DNA from: Mobula hypostoma
Lineage: Eukaryota
Reading direction: 5' to 3'
Length of the DNA stretch: 64,000 nt
NCBI RefSeq assembly: GCF_963921235.1
Contig: NC_086102.1
Coordinates: 85,064,001-85,128,000, forward strand
Shown here: piece after piece, positions 63,735 through 64,000 of the stretch
Layout: each line of letters opens with the position of its first letter
How positions within the stretch are numbered: the first letter of the stretch is position 1
Notes under the pieces: model-generated
The model's input: only the letters and a program-made list of their open reading frames with translations
Database searches by the model: none
What the model was told of the DNA's origin: nothing
Position numbers and translations under genes: made by a program

Positions 63735-64000
63735 TAGTCATGTCCATTTCGCTGACAGTCAACACTTGCGCACCTCATGGGCGTGTGCTTAGCCCACAGT
63801 TTGTCTGTCTCTACACCCATGACTGTGTGGCTAGGCACAGTCCAAATGCCTTCTTTAAATTTGCTGACCTTACAACTATTGCTGGCAGAATTTCAGATGG
63901 TGATGAGAGGGCGTACAGGAGCGAGATATATTAGCTAATTGAGTAGTATCGCAGTAACAACCTTGCACTCAGTGTCAGTAAGACCAAAGAACTGATTGTG
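63735..64000 (+). mobile_element. Rex1-type LINE RT fragment
   Basis: [23 protein letters not shown]; homologous to 34050-34300. Confidence 0.8.

Overview
Vertebrate genomic DNA. The repeat content (CR1, Penelope, Rex1, V-SINE, Tx1) suggests a cartilaginous fish, probably a ray; this is an inference. Three host genes can be read directly. KPNA3 (importin alpha-4) has coding exons 1-2 on the minus strand and runs off the left edge. EBPL is complete on the plus strand (4 exons, 207 aa) and sits head-to-head with KPNA3 across a ~0.6 kb CpG-rich promoter. The first two coding exons of an RCBTB1-type gene lie on the plus strand, and the gene runs off the right edge. KPNA3 intron 1 holds an ~8.4 kb G-rich 27-29 bp minisatellite with higher-order structure. 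The rest is densely nested mobile DNA: solo LTRs with target-site duplications (TSDs), a Gmr1-like Gypsy (integrase before RT, SCAN-like gag) inserted in the 5' UTR of a full-length CR1, Penelope elements carrying minimal hammerhead ribozymes (three intact copies), RTE, Rex1, L2, Tx1, and mariner and Tigger derivatives. There is a 443-bp N gap. I found no convincing wholly new system. The best leads are the sense-strand intronic hammerheads, the G-rich array, the KPNA3/EBPL arrangement, a duplicated EBPL pseudo-exon and a composite Rex1-bounded insertion.
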